Assembly (NCBI RefSeq): GCF_964188315.1
Contig: NC_135673.1
Coordinates: 13,206,001-13,270,000, forward strand
DNA: 64,000 bases
Reading direction: 5' to 3'
From: Podarcis muralis
Lineage: Eukaryota
Shown: one piece after another, positions 1-12,000 of the stretch
How positions within the stretch are numbered: the stretch's first letter is position 1
How the letters are laid out: every line of letters begins with the position of its first letter
Program-made: the position numbers and the translations under genes
Notes under the pieces: generated by a model
The model's database searches: none
Seen by the model: only the letters and a program-made list of their open reading frames with translations
What the model was told of the DNA's origin: nothing

Positions 1-1773
1 TTGCTAGCGTGTGAAATGAGTGCAATTGTGTGGTAGTTGGAGCATTCTTTGGCACTGCCCTTCTTTGGGATTGGGATGTAGACTGATCTTCTCCAATCCT
101 CTGGCCACTGCTGAGTTTTCCAAATTTGCTGGCATATTGAGTATAGCACCTTAACAGCATCATCGTTTAAAATTTTAAATAGTTCAGCTGGAATATCATC
201 ACTTCCACTGGCCTTGTTATTAGCAGTGCTTTCTAAGGCCCATTTGACTTCACTCTCCAGGATGTCTGGCTCAAGGTCAGCAACCACACTACCTGGGGTG
301 TACGAGACATCCATATATTTCTGGTATAATTCCTCTGTGTATTCTTGCCACCTCTTCTTGATGTCTTCTGCTTCTGTTAGGTCCTTTCCACTTTTGTCTC
401 TTATTATGGTAATCTTTGTACGAAATGTTCCTTTCATATCTCCAATTTTCTTGAACAGATCTCCGGTTTTTCCCATTCTATTGTTTTCCTCTATTTCTTT
501 GCATTGCTCGTTTAAGAAGGCCTTCTTGTCTCTCCTTGCTATTTTTTGGAACTCTGCATTCAATTTCCTGTATCTTTCACTATCTCCCTCGCATTTTGCT
601 TGCCTTCTCTCCCCCGCTATTTGTAAGGCTTCATTGGACAGCCACTTTGCTTTCTTGCATTTCCTTTTCATTGGGATGGTTTTAGTTGCTGCCTCCTGTA
701 TAATGTTACGAGCCTCCATCCATAGTTCTTCAGGCACTCTGTCCACCAAATCTAAATCCTTAAACCTGTTCCTCACTTCCACTGTGTATTCATAAGGGAT
801 TTGACTTAGATTGTATCTTACCGGCCCAGTGATTTTTCCTATTTTATTCAGTTTAAGCTTGAATTTTGCTATAAGAAGCTGATGATCTGAGCCACAGTCA
901 GCTCCAGGTCTTGTTTTTGCTGACTGTATAGAGCTTCTCCATCTTTGGCTGCAGAGAATATAATCAATCTGATTTAGATGCTGCCCATCTGGTGATGTCC
1001 ATGTGTAGAGTCGTCTCTTGTGTTGTTGGAAAAGCATGTTTGTGATGACCAGCTTTTCTCTTGGCAGAACTCCATTAGCCTTTGCCCTGCTTCGTTTTGA
1101 TCTCCAAGGCCAAACTTGCCAGTTGTTCCTTTTATCTCTTGACTCCCTTCTTTAGCATTCCAATCCCCTATAATGAGAAGAACATCCTTCTTTGGTGTCA
1201 TTTCTATAAGGTGTTGTAAGTCTTCATAGTATTGGTCAATTTCAGTTTCTTCAGCACCAGTGGTTGGTGCATAAACTTGGATTACTGTGATGTTAAAAGG
1301 TCTGCCTTGGATTCGTATCGAGATCATTCTATCATTTTTCAGATTGCATCCCAGTACAGCCTTCGCCACTCTTTTGTTGACTATGAGGGGCACTCCATTT
1401 CTTTTACGGGATTCTTGCCCACAGTAGTGGATATGATGGTCATCCAAACTGAATTCGCCCATTCCCGTCCATTTTAGTTCACTGATGCCCAATATGTCAA
1501 TATTTATTCTTGCCATCTCATTTTTGACCACATCCAACTTACCAAGGTTCATGGTTCTTACATTCCAGGTTCCTATGCAATATTTTTCTTTACAGCATTG
1601 GACTTTCCTTTTGCTTCCAGCCATATCTGCAACTGAGCGTCCTTTCGGCTTTGGTCCGGCCGCTTCATCAGCTCTGAATCTACTTGTACTTGTCCTCCGC
1701 TCTTCCTCAGTAGCATGTTGGACACCTTCCGACCTGAGGGGCTCATCTTCCAGAGTCATAACTTTTATATGCC
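1..1773 (-). mobile_element. RTE-BovB LINE, 5' half (APE endonuclease and start of RT); runs off the window edge
   Basis: The minus ORF 974..1816 encodes IGTWNVRTMN...DILGISELKWTG...VIQVYAPT...IIGDWNAK, an APE endonuclease. There is a 1-nt deletion near 1056 (CAAGAGAAAAGCTGG vs the expected QENKLV). Coding then continues in another frame (SPDGQHRNQIDY...IWKTQQWPEDWRRS) to base 1. Confidence 0.95.
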
Positions 1774-3039
1774 ACATCCAAGTCCATGGCTCCCAGTCTC
1801 TTTTCATGTCAACCATACTTATCCGTCCTTATTTCTTTTATGAAAAATTCAAATTTCCACATTTTCTTTTTCCATTATTTTTCCAGAGTTGTTGCAAGGA
1901 GCTTGAAATATTTTTCTTCCAAATTCAACCCAACTTGCACACATATTCCTTTCTTTCTCAACACTCTATGTTCTAAGAATTCTGGGAGCTGTGGTTTGTT
2001 AGAGTGCTGAGAGTTGTTAAGGGACCCCCTATTACCCTTCCAGAGCTACAATTTTCAGTAGTTGTTACCATATCCTACTGAGATCCAGTTTAAATTTTAG
2101 ATTCTGTTATATTTTGTATATGTTGTTACAAAAGTTGGCTGCCTGCCCCTCTCTCTGCCAAGTGGGTCCTTCCAAGAGGGGCTGGTACCCCACAGCAAAG
2201 CAGCCAGCCTTCAGCCAGCCTGCCCAAGATGGATCTCAGCTGTTCTTCCTCCTTCCTCCCAGCCACCCTTGCTCCCAGAGCAGTTACCCTGTCCACCTTC
2301 CAAACCCCCAGCCTCTGTTCACACCTCAGGGTAAGGGTGAAGGAGTTCTCTTATATTGTTAATGTCCCTCAATTGTTCTCTATATTTCCTTAATGGAAGT
2401 AGCTCAGCCATAGGAATTCCTCTGCAGCTTGCATTCTCCCTTCATGTCCCAAATAATCAAAATCCTAGCATTTATTAATTTCTAGGGATTAGGTGCTTAA
2501 CCCACCCCCTTAAACCATTAACACCATGCAACAAAATGTTTTGTGACTGACTTTGTATATTTTGAATTAATAGAAAACCAATAAAGAGTGAATTAAAAGC
2601 AATTTCTCAGAATGGTTCTCAGAGGGGGGTCTTCAATAAACTCTCAGCATCCTTATAAAACTACAGTCCCCTGAATTCCTTGAGGGAAGCATTTAATATG
2701 GTATCACAGTGTAAGATGTGAATGAGGCCTAAATTATAGTTTTGCCCCGTCCTCCTCCCTGCAATGGCAACACTGAACACTGAGGAGGAAACAGGCAGCC
2801 AGTGTTACCTCCTGGGCTGGTTTTAAGCAAGAAGGCAGGCAGGTGGCTGGGGGAAGACTGGGGTTAGTAGAACAGTGACCACCCCCCCCCCCTTAGCCCA
2901 AAAGAACCAACCTCTGTTGATCATAGGTCTGCACCTAGCTGGACTGCCCTGCCTCATCTATTCCCTACCCTTGGGGAAAACAGACACCACCATCAAACAG
3001 CACAGAACGCATGGAGCCATGGAATGAGAGAACCCACTG

Positions 3040-6000
3040 ATGTCACACAACGTGCAGCAACCATTCTGCCGGAGGGGGAGCATGGGGCGAGTCAACATTG
3101 CCCAGCTGTGGAAAATGGAGTTCCAACAGAAACACATCAAGTTCATGGCCCAGATGTACCTGGATACCAGCCAGAAAAGGAACACCAAATCTCAGTTGCT
3201 TTTAAAGAGGAACCACCATTTGTACCGGTAATGCAGGCAGAGAAGGCCTCAGGCACTTGCCACTATCCCCTACTGCATGCCCCGCAAGGCCAGATTCTCA
3301 CCTAACCCCATTAAGTTAAAATGGGATAGATAAGGCTGGCTGGACCAGAACCAAGAGTCCATCTAGTCCTGGAATGGGGAACCTCAGGGCTAAGGGGCCA
3401 CACACAGCTCCTGAGGCCTCTTTCTATGGCCCCCAAGACTCCCCACATGCCACAAATACCCTGCCCATACCCTCCCTCAATAGCCCTGCATCGCACCCAC
3501 CTGCAGTGATTTTGCCTGGGTGGAATGTGTCCTTGAACTCTGATCATGCCTCTTGCCTGCCTGAATGGAGAATAGAGGGGGCTGTTTGTGCAGAAACTAG
3601 CCTCTTTTGCCTCTGCCCCATCCTGCAGCACAGTGGCCAACTGGATGCCTATGGGAATCCCACAAGCAGAACCTGAGTGCAAATAATATTGATGCATTCT
3701 TTCTATTTCAATTTGTTTTTACTATGCTGCAATTCTTTTTTAAAAATGTTGTCAATAGCCCAGAGTGCTTCCCACAAGCATCTGGTTGGCCTCTGTGAGA
3801 ACAAAGTGATGGATTAGATGGACCTTTGGTCTGATCCATCTGGGCTTGTCTTATGTGCTTACATAAGGAGTGTCAGGAGTATAGGGAATAAATTTCAGTA
3901 TAGCTAAATAAAATGGTGGGATCCAGCAAATGCCTGATTTCGCCCACTACTGACACCAGTAGTGGCATTTACTTTTTCCTTCCATTTCCAGCTGCTGGGA
4001 CCGCCTCTCCTCATTTGTTGCTTGTGTTTTGTTCTCAGGGGTCGCCTGAGCAGGGAATCTAGCTCAACACCGTTCCTCCCAGAAATTCATTTCGGAAAGC
4101 AGAGCAGTAAGTAGGAAGGAGGTTTGAGAGAGAGAAAAGGGCAATCCAAGGCTTTCTCCCCATTGGTTTGTGGGTGCCCAATAGGGAAACCAATAGTGCA
4201 GTCTCAATGTAATTCTGTAAGGTAGAATTTTATATGCCTGTTGTCTTTGTCCATGGAGTTTTCTTGGCAGGGATACTGGAGTGGCTTGCCGGTTCCTCCT
4301 CCAGGTCCCATCACCTCCTGGCAAATAGAAGGGGAAGAAATGGAGGCAGTAAGAGATTTTACTTTCTTGGGCTCCATGATCACTGCAGATGGTGACAGCA
4401 GTCACGAAATTAAAAGACGCCTGCTTCTTGGGAGAAAAGCAATGACAAACCTAGACAGCATCTTAAAAAGTAGAGACATCACCTTGCCAACAAAGGTCCG
4501 TATAGTAAAAGCTATGGTTTCCCCAGAAGTGATGTATGGAAGTGAGAGCTGGACCATAAAGAAGGCTGATCGCCGAAGAATTGATGCTTTTGAGTTGTGG
4601 TGCTGGAGGAGACTCTTGAGAGTCCCATGGACTGCAAGAAGATCGAACACATCCATTCTTAAGGAAATTAGCCCTGAGTGCTCACTGGAAGGACAGATCG
4701 TGAAGCTGAGGCTCCAATACTTTGGCCACCTCATGAGAAGAGAAGACTCCCTGGAAAAGACCCAGATGTTGGGAAAGTTGGAGGGCACAAGGAGAAGGGG
4801 ACGACAGAGGATGAGATGGTTGGATGGTGTTCTTGAAGCTTCCAGCATGAGTTTGACCAAACTGCGGGAGGCAGTGGAGGACAGAAGTGCCTGGCGTGCT
4901 CTGGTCCATGGGGTCACGAAGAGTCGGACACGACTAAACAACAAAACAACAAGAAGGTAGAATTGGCAACTAGAAAGCCTTCATCTGCCCCAGTAGCAAG
5001 AAAATCTGTCTTTCCCGTATTGGTCTCTACAGCCACAGCAGGCACTGTAACCTTCCATCAGTTTCACGTCATCCCTAAAGGCACACTTCTCCAGTCTCCT
5101 GAGACAGACAAATGCCAACAATCTAAACTAACAAAATGCACATTTTTGCTCACAACAACCTTGCAAGGTATATTAGACTGAGAGACAGTAACTCACCAAA
5201 GATCAACCATTGCATTTCATGTCTGAGAAGATTCCTGAATGCAAGTCTACTCATTGCAAGTCTAGCCATTGTGCCCAGAGGCAGAACTAGTTGCCCTGGC
5301 ACCTGGAGCGGCATGCACCCGGTGGGCGGGGCTAGCATCCCGGGGGGCAGGGCACATTTCCCAGGGGATATGCCAGCTGCCTTAAGGCTCCGGGGGGGGG
5401 GGGGCGCCGGCCGCCTCAAGCGTCCTAGGAGGACGCAGCCCACGGCGAGGTTCGGGGAGGCGATGTCACCCGGGGCGGGCCACACCCTCCTTGCTCAGCC
5501 TCTGATTGTGCTACACTTTCAGTTTCAGGGCCTCTCTGTCTTCTTTATTTTAGACACTTGCAATACCTATTGCCTTGATGGGTAGACAAATCTGCAGAGC
5601 CCTGCAGCAGGACTGACCGAAGCAAGTACTGTATTTCTTGCATGGCATGGTCAGTTTAAAAGTAACCAGTAAAACCAGCAACAGATAACATGGTAGGGCA
5701 AACGTCACATATTTCTCTTAGGATCAAAAATAGAGGGTCACCACTAAAAAGGCCCTGTTTATAAAGCTGAGGGACCTTGATGGTAGGTAAAGCAAGCAGA
5801 GCCTCAGAAGCTAGCCTTATGGAGTACAAATATGTAACACATGCATCGTAGTCCAGGGCTGGGGACACTGTGGCTCTCCAGATGTGGTTGTTCTCCCGTG
5901 GTTGTTCTCCTGCTCCCAACAGTACCAGTAAACATGGCCAAGGCTTATGGATTACAGAAGTTGTAGTCCAACAACATATGCAGGACCACAGATTTTGTAT

Positions 6001-9000
6001 TCTTGTGTTAAAAGCATAGGGGCAGGAGGACAGGCTCTTGGGCCAGGGGGGGCCAGGAAGCCTCCCTGCAGGGCATTCAGATCCCAACCTGCATCAGCTG
6101 AATGATCTTCTCTTTGCTCCAGGTAGTCGCATATCCCCAGAAGGCCGCTTGTCGATGGCAGTGAACACGGACAGCCCTGGGCCAGCAGCTTACTCGGCCT
6201 GCAGTGCGAACTTCCGGCAAACCAGTGCTCCATCCTACACCTTTGGGTTGAAGTCACCTTCTAAAGGTGCGAGTGAAGGGAAGGGATTAAGAGAGCATTC
6301 TTTCAGTTTCCAGCTATGCATGAATCAATACGGTTTGTGTTTAGGCCGCTAGACCAGAGGTTTTCAACATTTTTGAGAGGCCATCTTGGATCTATCCTCT
6401 GAGAAGAAAAGCACAAGCCTTTGTTTCCCCTTGGCTAGTTAGTTAGTTTAGGATTAGAAACTCTTCTGTCTGAGTTACGTACTTCCTACCACAATCAACT
6501 TAATTGTTTTTATCTACCAATATCACTTGGTGAGGGACGCGGGTGGCGCTGTGGGTAAAACCTCAGCGCCTAGGACTTGCCGATCGCATGGTCGGCGGTT
6601 CGAATCCCCGCGGCGGGGTGCGCTCCCATCGTTCGGTCCCAGCGCCTGCCAACCTAGCAGTTCGAAAGCACCTCCGGGTGCAAGTAGATAAATAGGGACC
6701 GCTCACCAGCGGGAAGGTAAACGGCGTTCCGTGTGCTGCGCTGGCTCGCCAGATGCAGCTTGTCACGCTGGCCACGTGACCCGGAAGTGTCTGCGGACAG
6801 CGCTGGCTCCCGGCCTATAGAGTGAGATGAGCGCACAACCCTAGAGTCTGTCAAGACTGGCCCATAAGGGCAGGGGTACCTTTTTATCGCTTGGTGTGTT
6901 GTTACAGATGAGGCTATTCCTTTACAGCGTTCCATGAATTTGCAGAGCTTCCTAAGAAAAATGGCTTATTGGATGCAATTTCTCCAATGCAGAGGGTAGG
7001 GGAAATCCTAGGGTTAGCATGCTTGCAGCTGAGACTTTGAGAAGGGAGGTAATTTTCTGGGTAGAGCCAATAGAAACTATCATATTGTTGTGGCTACATT
7101 TCCCAACCTGCCTTGAGGTCTAAAAAAGGGGGAAAGGCACTACAGTGGTACTTCGGGTTACATACGCTTCAGGCTACATATGCTTCAGGTTACAGACTCC
7201 ACTAACCCAGAAATAGTACCTCGGGTTAAGAACTTTGCTTCATGATGAGAACAGAAATCATGCTCCGGCAGCATGGCAGCAGCAGGAGGCCCCATTAGCT
7301 AAAGTGGTGCTTCAGGTTAAGAACAGTTTCAGGTTAAGAACGGACCTCCAGAAGGAATTAAGTACTTAACCCGAGGTACCACTGTATCTTTTCTTAAAGG
7401 AGCAGCATTGTTATTCCTTCTACCTAATACAAGTGCTTTTTTTCTTTAAAAAAAAAATGTTCAGGGGTACTCTCATTTTCCTACTCATATTGAAATACTG
7501 CCCCTCAATGAGGCCAAACTTAGATTCACAAAATGCTTAGGGGTATGCGTCCCCCTAGAAAAAAAGGCACTGCCTAAATAACTGACCCTTGTGGAGGCAG
7601 AACATGTGTGATTACAACAGGTAAGGCCTACTTTCTGGATACTGTATATTCACAAGTCACACTTTCCCCCAAGAAGTGGGGAACCTGAGGGCCACATTTT
7701 CTAGTAGGCAACCTTCTGGGGGCCACAATGGCAAAGGATGTAACATAAACTTACTGTAACAAAAAACAAATGAATAGCTTATTCTACCAGCATGTGGAAA
7801 TGGAAAGGCCTGTTCAGCCCTGCTTTCTGTCACCTCACCCTGTTACATGAGTAGATTCAGGGTCATCCCACCCATGAGGCAAGATAAGGCAATCGCTTCA
7901 GGCAGCAGGATCCACAGGGGCAGCAGATGTGGCCACCAAGGATTGCATCATCCAACCCCACTTCTGCTGCCACTGCTGTCACTGACTGTGGCATGCTTCA
8001 TAGAGGCCCAATCTGCTGTCTCCTCAGCAGCCCTACCCTCAAAGCTGCCTCTACAGCAGCCTCTTGGTGAACAGATGGCACTGCTCTCCTCCCCCCTTCC
8101 TGCTGTAGCTCTTTAGAATTGTAGAGTTATAGAGTTACAATGGTCCCCCAGGGGTCATCTAGTCCAACCCCTTGCAACTCAGGAATCTCAACTAGATCAT
8201 ACAGTGGTACCTTAGGTTATATACGCTTCAGTTTACAGACTCCGCTAACCCAGAAATAGTACCTCAGGTTAAGAACTTTGCTTCAGGATGAGAACAGAAA
8301 TTGTACTCCAGCGGCGAGGCGGCTGGGGGAGGCCCCATTAGCTAAAGTGGTGCTTCAGGTTAAGAACAGTTTCAGGTCAAGAATGGACCTCCAGAACGAG
8401 GTACTTAAGTACTCCAGAACTTGAGAGCCAGTGTGGTGTAGTGGTTAAGAGCGGTGGTCTCGTAATCTGGGGAACCGGGTTCGATTCCCCGCTCCTCCAC
8501 CTGCAGCTGCTGGGTGACCTTGGGCCAGTCACACTTCTTTTAAGTCTCTCAGCCCCTCTCACCTCACAGAGTGTTTGTTGTGGGGGAGGAAGGGAAAGGA
8601 GAATGTTAGCCGCTTTGAGACTCCTTAAAGGGGGTGAAAGGCGGGATATCAAATCCAAACTCTTCTTCTTCTTCTTCTAAGTACTTAACCCGAGGTACCA
8701 CTGTACATGTTCCTGATGTAAGTCTTCACTCACCCCTTCATCCCAGGTTGGGGAGGGGATGCCATTTTGTGGTTTGCCTCAGCTGCCCAAGTGTCTTGGG
8801 CTGGCTCTATGTAGGCTGGGTCCCAAGTCTCTTGGGATGACAGTTGGGGGCCTGGTTCAAAGTTCAAGGCTCTGTAACAACACTGATGCTGCCTCAACCT
8901 TGTCTGTTCTGTTTCTCCAGAGGGCGGAGGGCGGCGTTCTTGGCAGAAGTCTTGGTTTTTGAGCAATAACCCGTTCATTAAGAAAGTGGATTTTAGCAAC

Positions 9001-12000
9001 GAGACCAATGTAAGTGTCACGCATGGGGGTGTCCATTTGTGCTATGCCCCACCCAATTCATATAGTTCAGTGACAAGAGCACATGCTTCATTCATTAATT
9101 AAATGGAATATTTACAACCCTCCCTTTCAGAAAGTGCATCAAAGCAGTTGACAACATGCAAAACATAAATAAAATAATGGTATAAGTAAATAACTCCATA
9201 AATATCCATAAAGTGTAATATAAAGAATCAAGAGATGCAGGTCCCGGGGTCAGTCTCCATGTTGCAAAGATCAAGCAGCAAGCTGTATACTGTATAAATG
9301 CTAGTGGTGGCCTTGTTGTATTTGGAAGCAGCCAGAAATTAAAGGCCCAACCTGCACTATGCATTTGAAGCACCTCATACAAGTAGGGTCGGAGCATAAG
9401 AGTGCACTCTCTTACTGCAATTTCCAGCAGCTGGTTTTCATACCCTCCAACATTTCTCCAAGGAAAATAGAGACATCCTAATTAATAATATAATAGTAAT
9501 ACCCCATGCATCTGACTGGGTTGCCCCAGCCATTATGGGCGGCTTCCAACATATATAAAAACAAAATGTAACATTAAACATTAAATAACTTCCCTATACA
9601 GGGCTGATTTCAGATGTCTTGTGAAGATTGTAAAGTTACATATCACCTTGGCTTGGGGTGTCACATAACTCAGTTACATGACTGCCTCCAGCTGTGGAAG
9701 GCAGGGCAGAGCCATCATGGTTAGTAGCAATTGATAACCTTATCCTCTTTGAATTTGTCCATAGAATTCTTTTAAGCATCATTTCAAGCCACCAGGGCCA
9801 ATCCCTGGGGATAATGGGAGTATCTGTGAACCAAAGATTTGGCAAGGCTGCTTTAGAACCACAGATTTGGAGTCCTATTAACACCATACATTTAAAGCAC
9901 TAGAATATCATGGCTTCCCCTAAGGAATCCTGGGAACTGTAGTTCATTAAGGATGCTGAGAATTGTTAGGAGGCCCCCTACTCCCTGTCACAGAGTTACC
10001 ACTCCCACAGTTCCCTGGGAAGGAGGATTGATGGTTAAAGCATTCTGGGAAATGTAGCTCTGTTGGGTCTCACTGGTCATATAGCTTTTATGCTCCTCCA
10101 CCATGTGGGTCCCCCTCTCCAGGAAGGATCATGCAGCTCAGCTGTCCCTCTGTTATTTGCAGTGGCCCTCTCCTTTCCACTACGGCCAGCCCCTGGATGT
10201 CAAGCCAGCCAACCTGCCAAACAGCCCCCATTTCACCATGGGACAGAAGGGAGAGTTCACTCTTGTCAGCAAAAGTAAGAAGATAATGGGTGCCTTAGGT
10301 TATCTAGAGGTATTTATTTCATAGAATTGTAATGTTGGAATAGATCCAGGGGGTCATCTAGCCCAAACCCTTGCAATGTAATATTTTTTTTTATTACAAA
10401 TATGGGTCACAAAACCATGACCCTGAGATTATGAGCCTTTTGCTCTATCAACGCAGCTATTATCCTTATCTGGGTCAAGATGTGCCTCAGGACTCTAATC
10501 TTGCCCTTTATTGCCAGTCGGGAAGCTGAGCACTTGCTGAGTGCAAACTCCAGATTTTTACCAGAAATTTGCCTTCGGTAGGGTTCTTCCCTTTTTAGTG
10601 AGACATTGCCAGTAGCTAACACCTCTGCTCAAAGATTTGTTACGAGGCCAGTTTATTTGGGACCAGTTACTTGCACATTGCCTTCTCTATATAAACCCAT
10701 TTGACCGCTTCAATTTGCAGATCTGACACTGTTACAGCTGCCACATATTTGTTCTGCACTTGCAAGAAAATAATTCTTTTGTTGTTATGGGACCCACTAT
10801 GGAACTTCTTGCCTATTGACACCAGGCAGACACCTATGTCGTACTCTTTTCACCACCTGCTCAAAACATTATTGTTTGGGCCAGCCTGACCAGAGACATG
10901 GATGCTGACAAGATCTAATCTCTTACTGTTAATTTTAACTACAGAATTTTAAATTACGTACATGGTTTTAACTGTTTATTCCTCAATATTTTAAAACTGT
11001 TTTTGTAAGCTATTTAGCGGTTTTCCTACGCTCAAACAATACCGTTTTGTGTGGGGGCTGCATTCCTGACCATGCATGTAGGCATGTAAACCTGCTCCAC
11101 CCATTATGCCCCTACCCCATTCTGTCCCCTTTTCCAGCTACTTCCAGGCTGCAGGGATGCACGTGTGTAGGATCAAGCTTTATTTGAATGTGTGCAAAGG
11201 TGTGTGTGTGGGGGGTTGCCTGTATATAATTTTTGTTTCATAAATACATATGGTATCTACACTGCCCATTTAACTTGACCTCTTCACTTGGGTCCACTCA
11301 ACACTACAAGGGTGTGGGCAAGAGCAGCATAAGTTGCTCCTGGCAGTAACAGTAAGGGGAGCTATGCTAAGCATATCCAAGAGGGTCTCTGTCGGGTTGC
11401 AGCTCTTCAAGTCAGTGCCTGGCAATGCCAACTTCTCCCCTCCCTCTCCATTAGTATCTGGCACCACAGATTGGACCGGCTTCTCTCTCACCCCTTTTCT
11501 CTTCCCTAGATAATATGATGGATCCAGCACCCAATAAGTACAACACAGAAAGTGCATACAAACATGTGATGTTTAGATCACCCTCTATCATCATCAGCCC
11601 TGCACGAAACACTATGCACAAGTGGGCCAGGAAAGGTAAGGAATGGTAACAGGTTCCCTCCCACTACTCTTTTAACTACTGTATTTTTCGTTCTGTAAGA
11701 TGCACCAGACCACAAGACGCACCTAGTTTTTGGAGGACGAAAACAAGAGAAAAAAAATATTCCAAATCCCAGAAGCCAGAACAGCAAGAGGGATCGCTGT
11801 GCAGAGATCCCTCTCACTCTTCTGGCTTCTGGGATAGCCGCACAGCCTCTTCAGGGCAGCGGGATGACGGCTCCCCCTGTCCTGAAGAGGCTGCACGTGG
11901 CTAAGCCAGAAGCTAGAACAGCGAGAGGGAGCGCTGCACACCTACACTTGTACCTTGGAAGTCAAACAGCCTAGTTCTCGAACGTTTTGGCTCCCGAACA

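Noticed and set aside
214-1976. Plus-strand ORFs 214..795, 1232..1477 and 1485..1976
   Set aside because: They are antisense shadows of the BovB ORF.
4241-4960. 239-aa ORF as a host gene
   Set aside because: It is the BovB RT C-terminus fused to the inverted UTR piece; 4402..4944 is its antisense frame.
6533-6620. tRNA-like heads here and at 8423, 31973, 36517, 40823 and elsewhere as tRNA genes
   Set aside because: They continue into SINE bodies with tails and TSDs and do not form complete cloverleaves.
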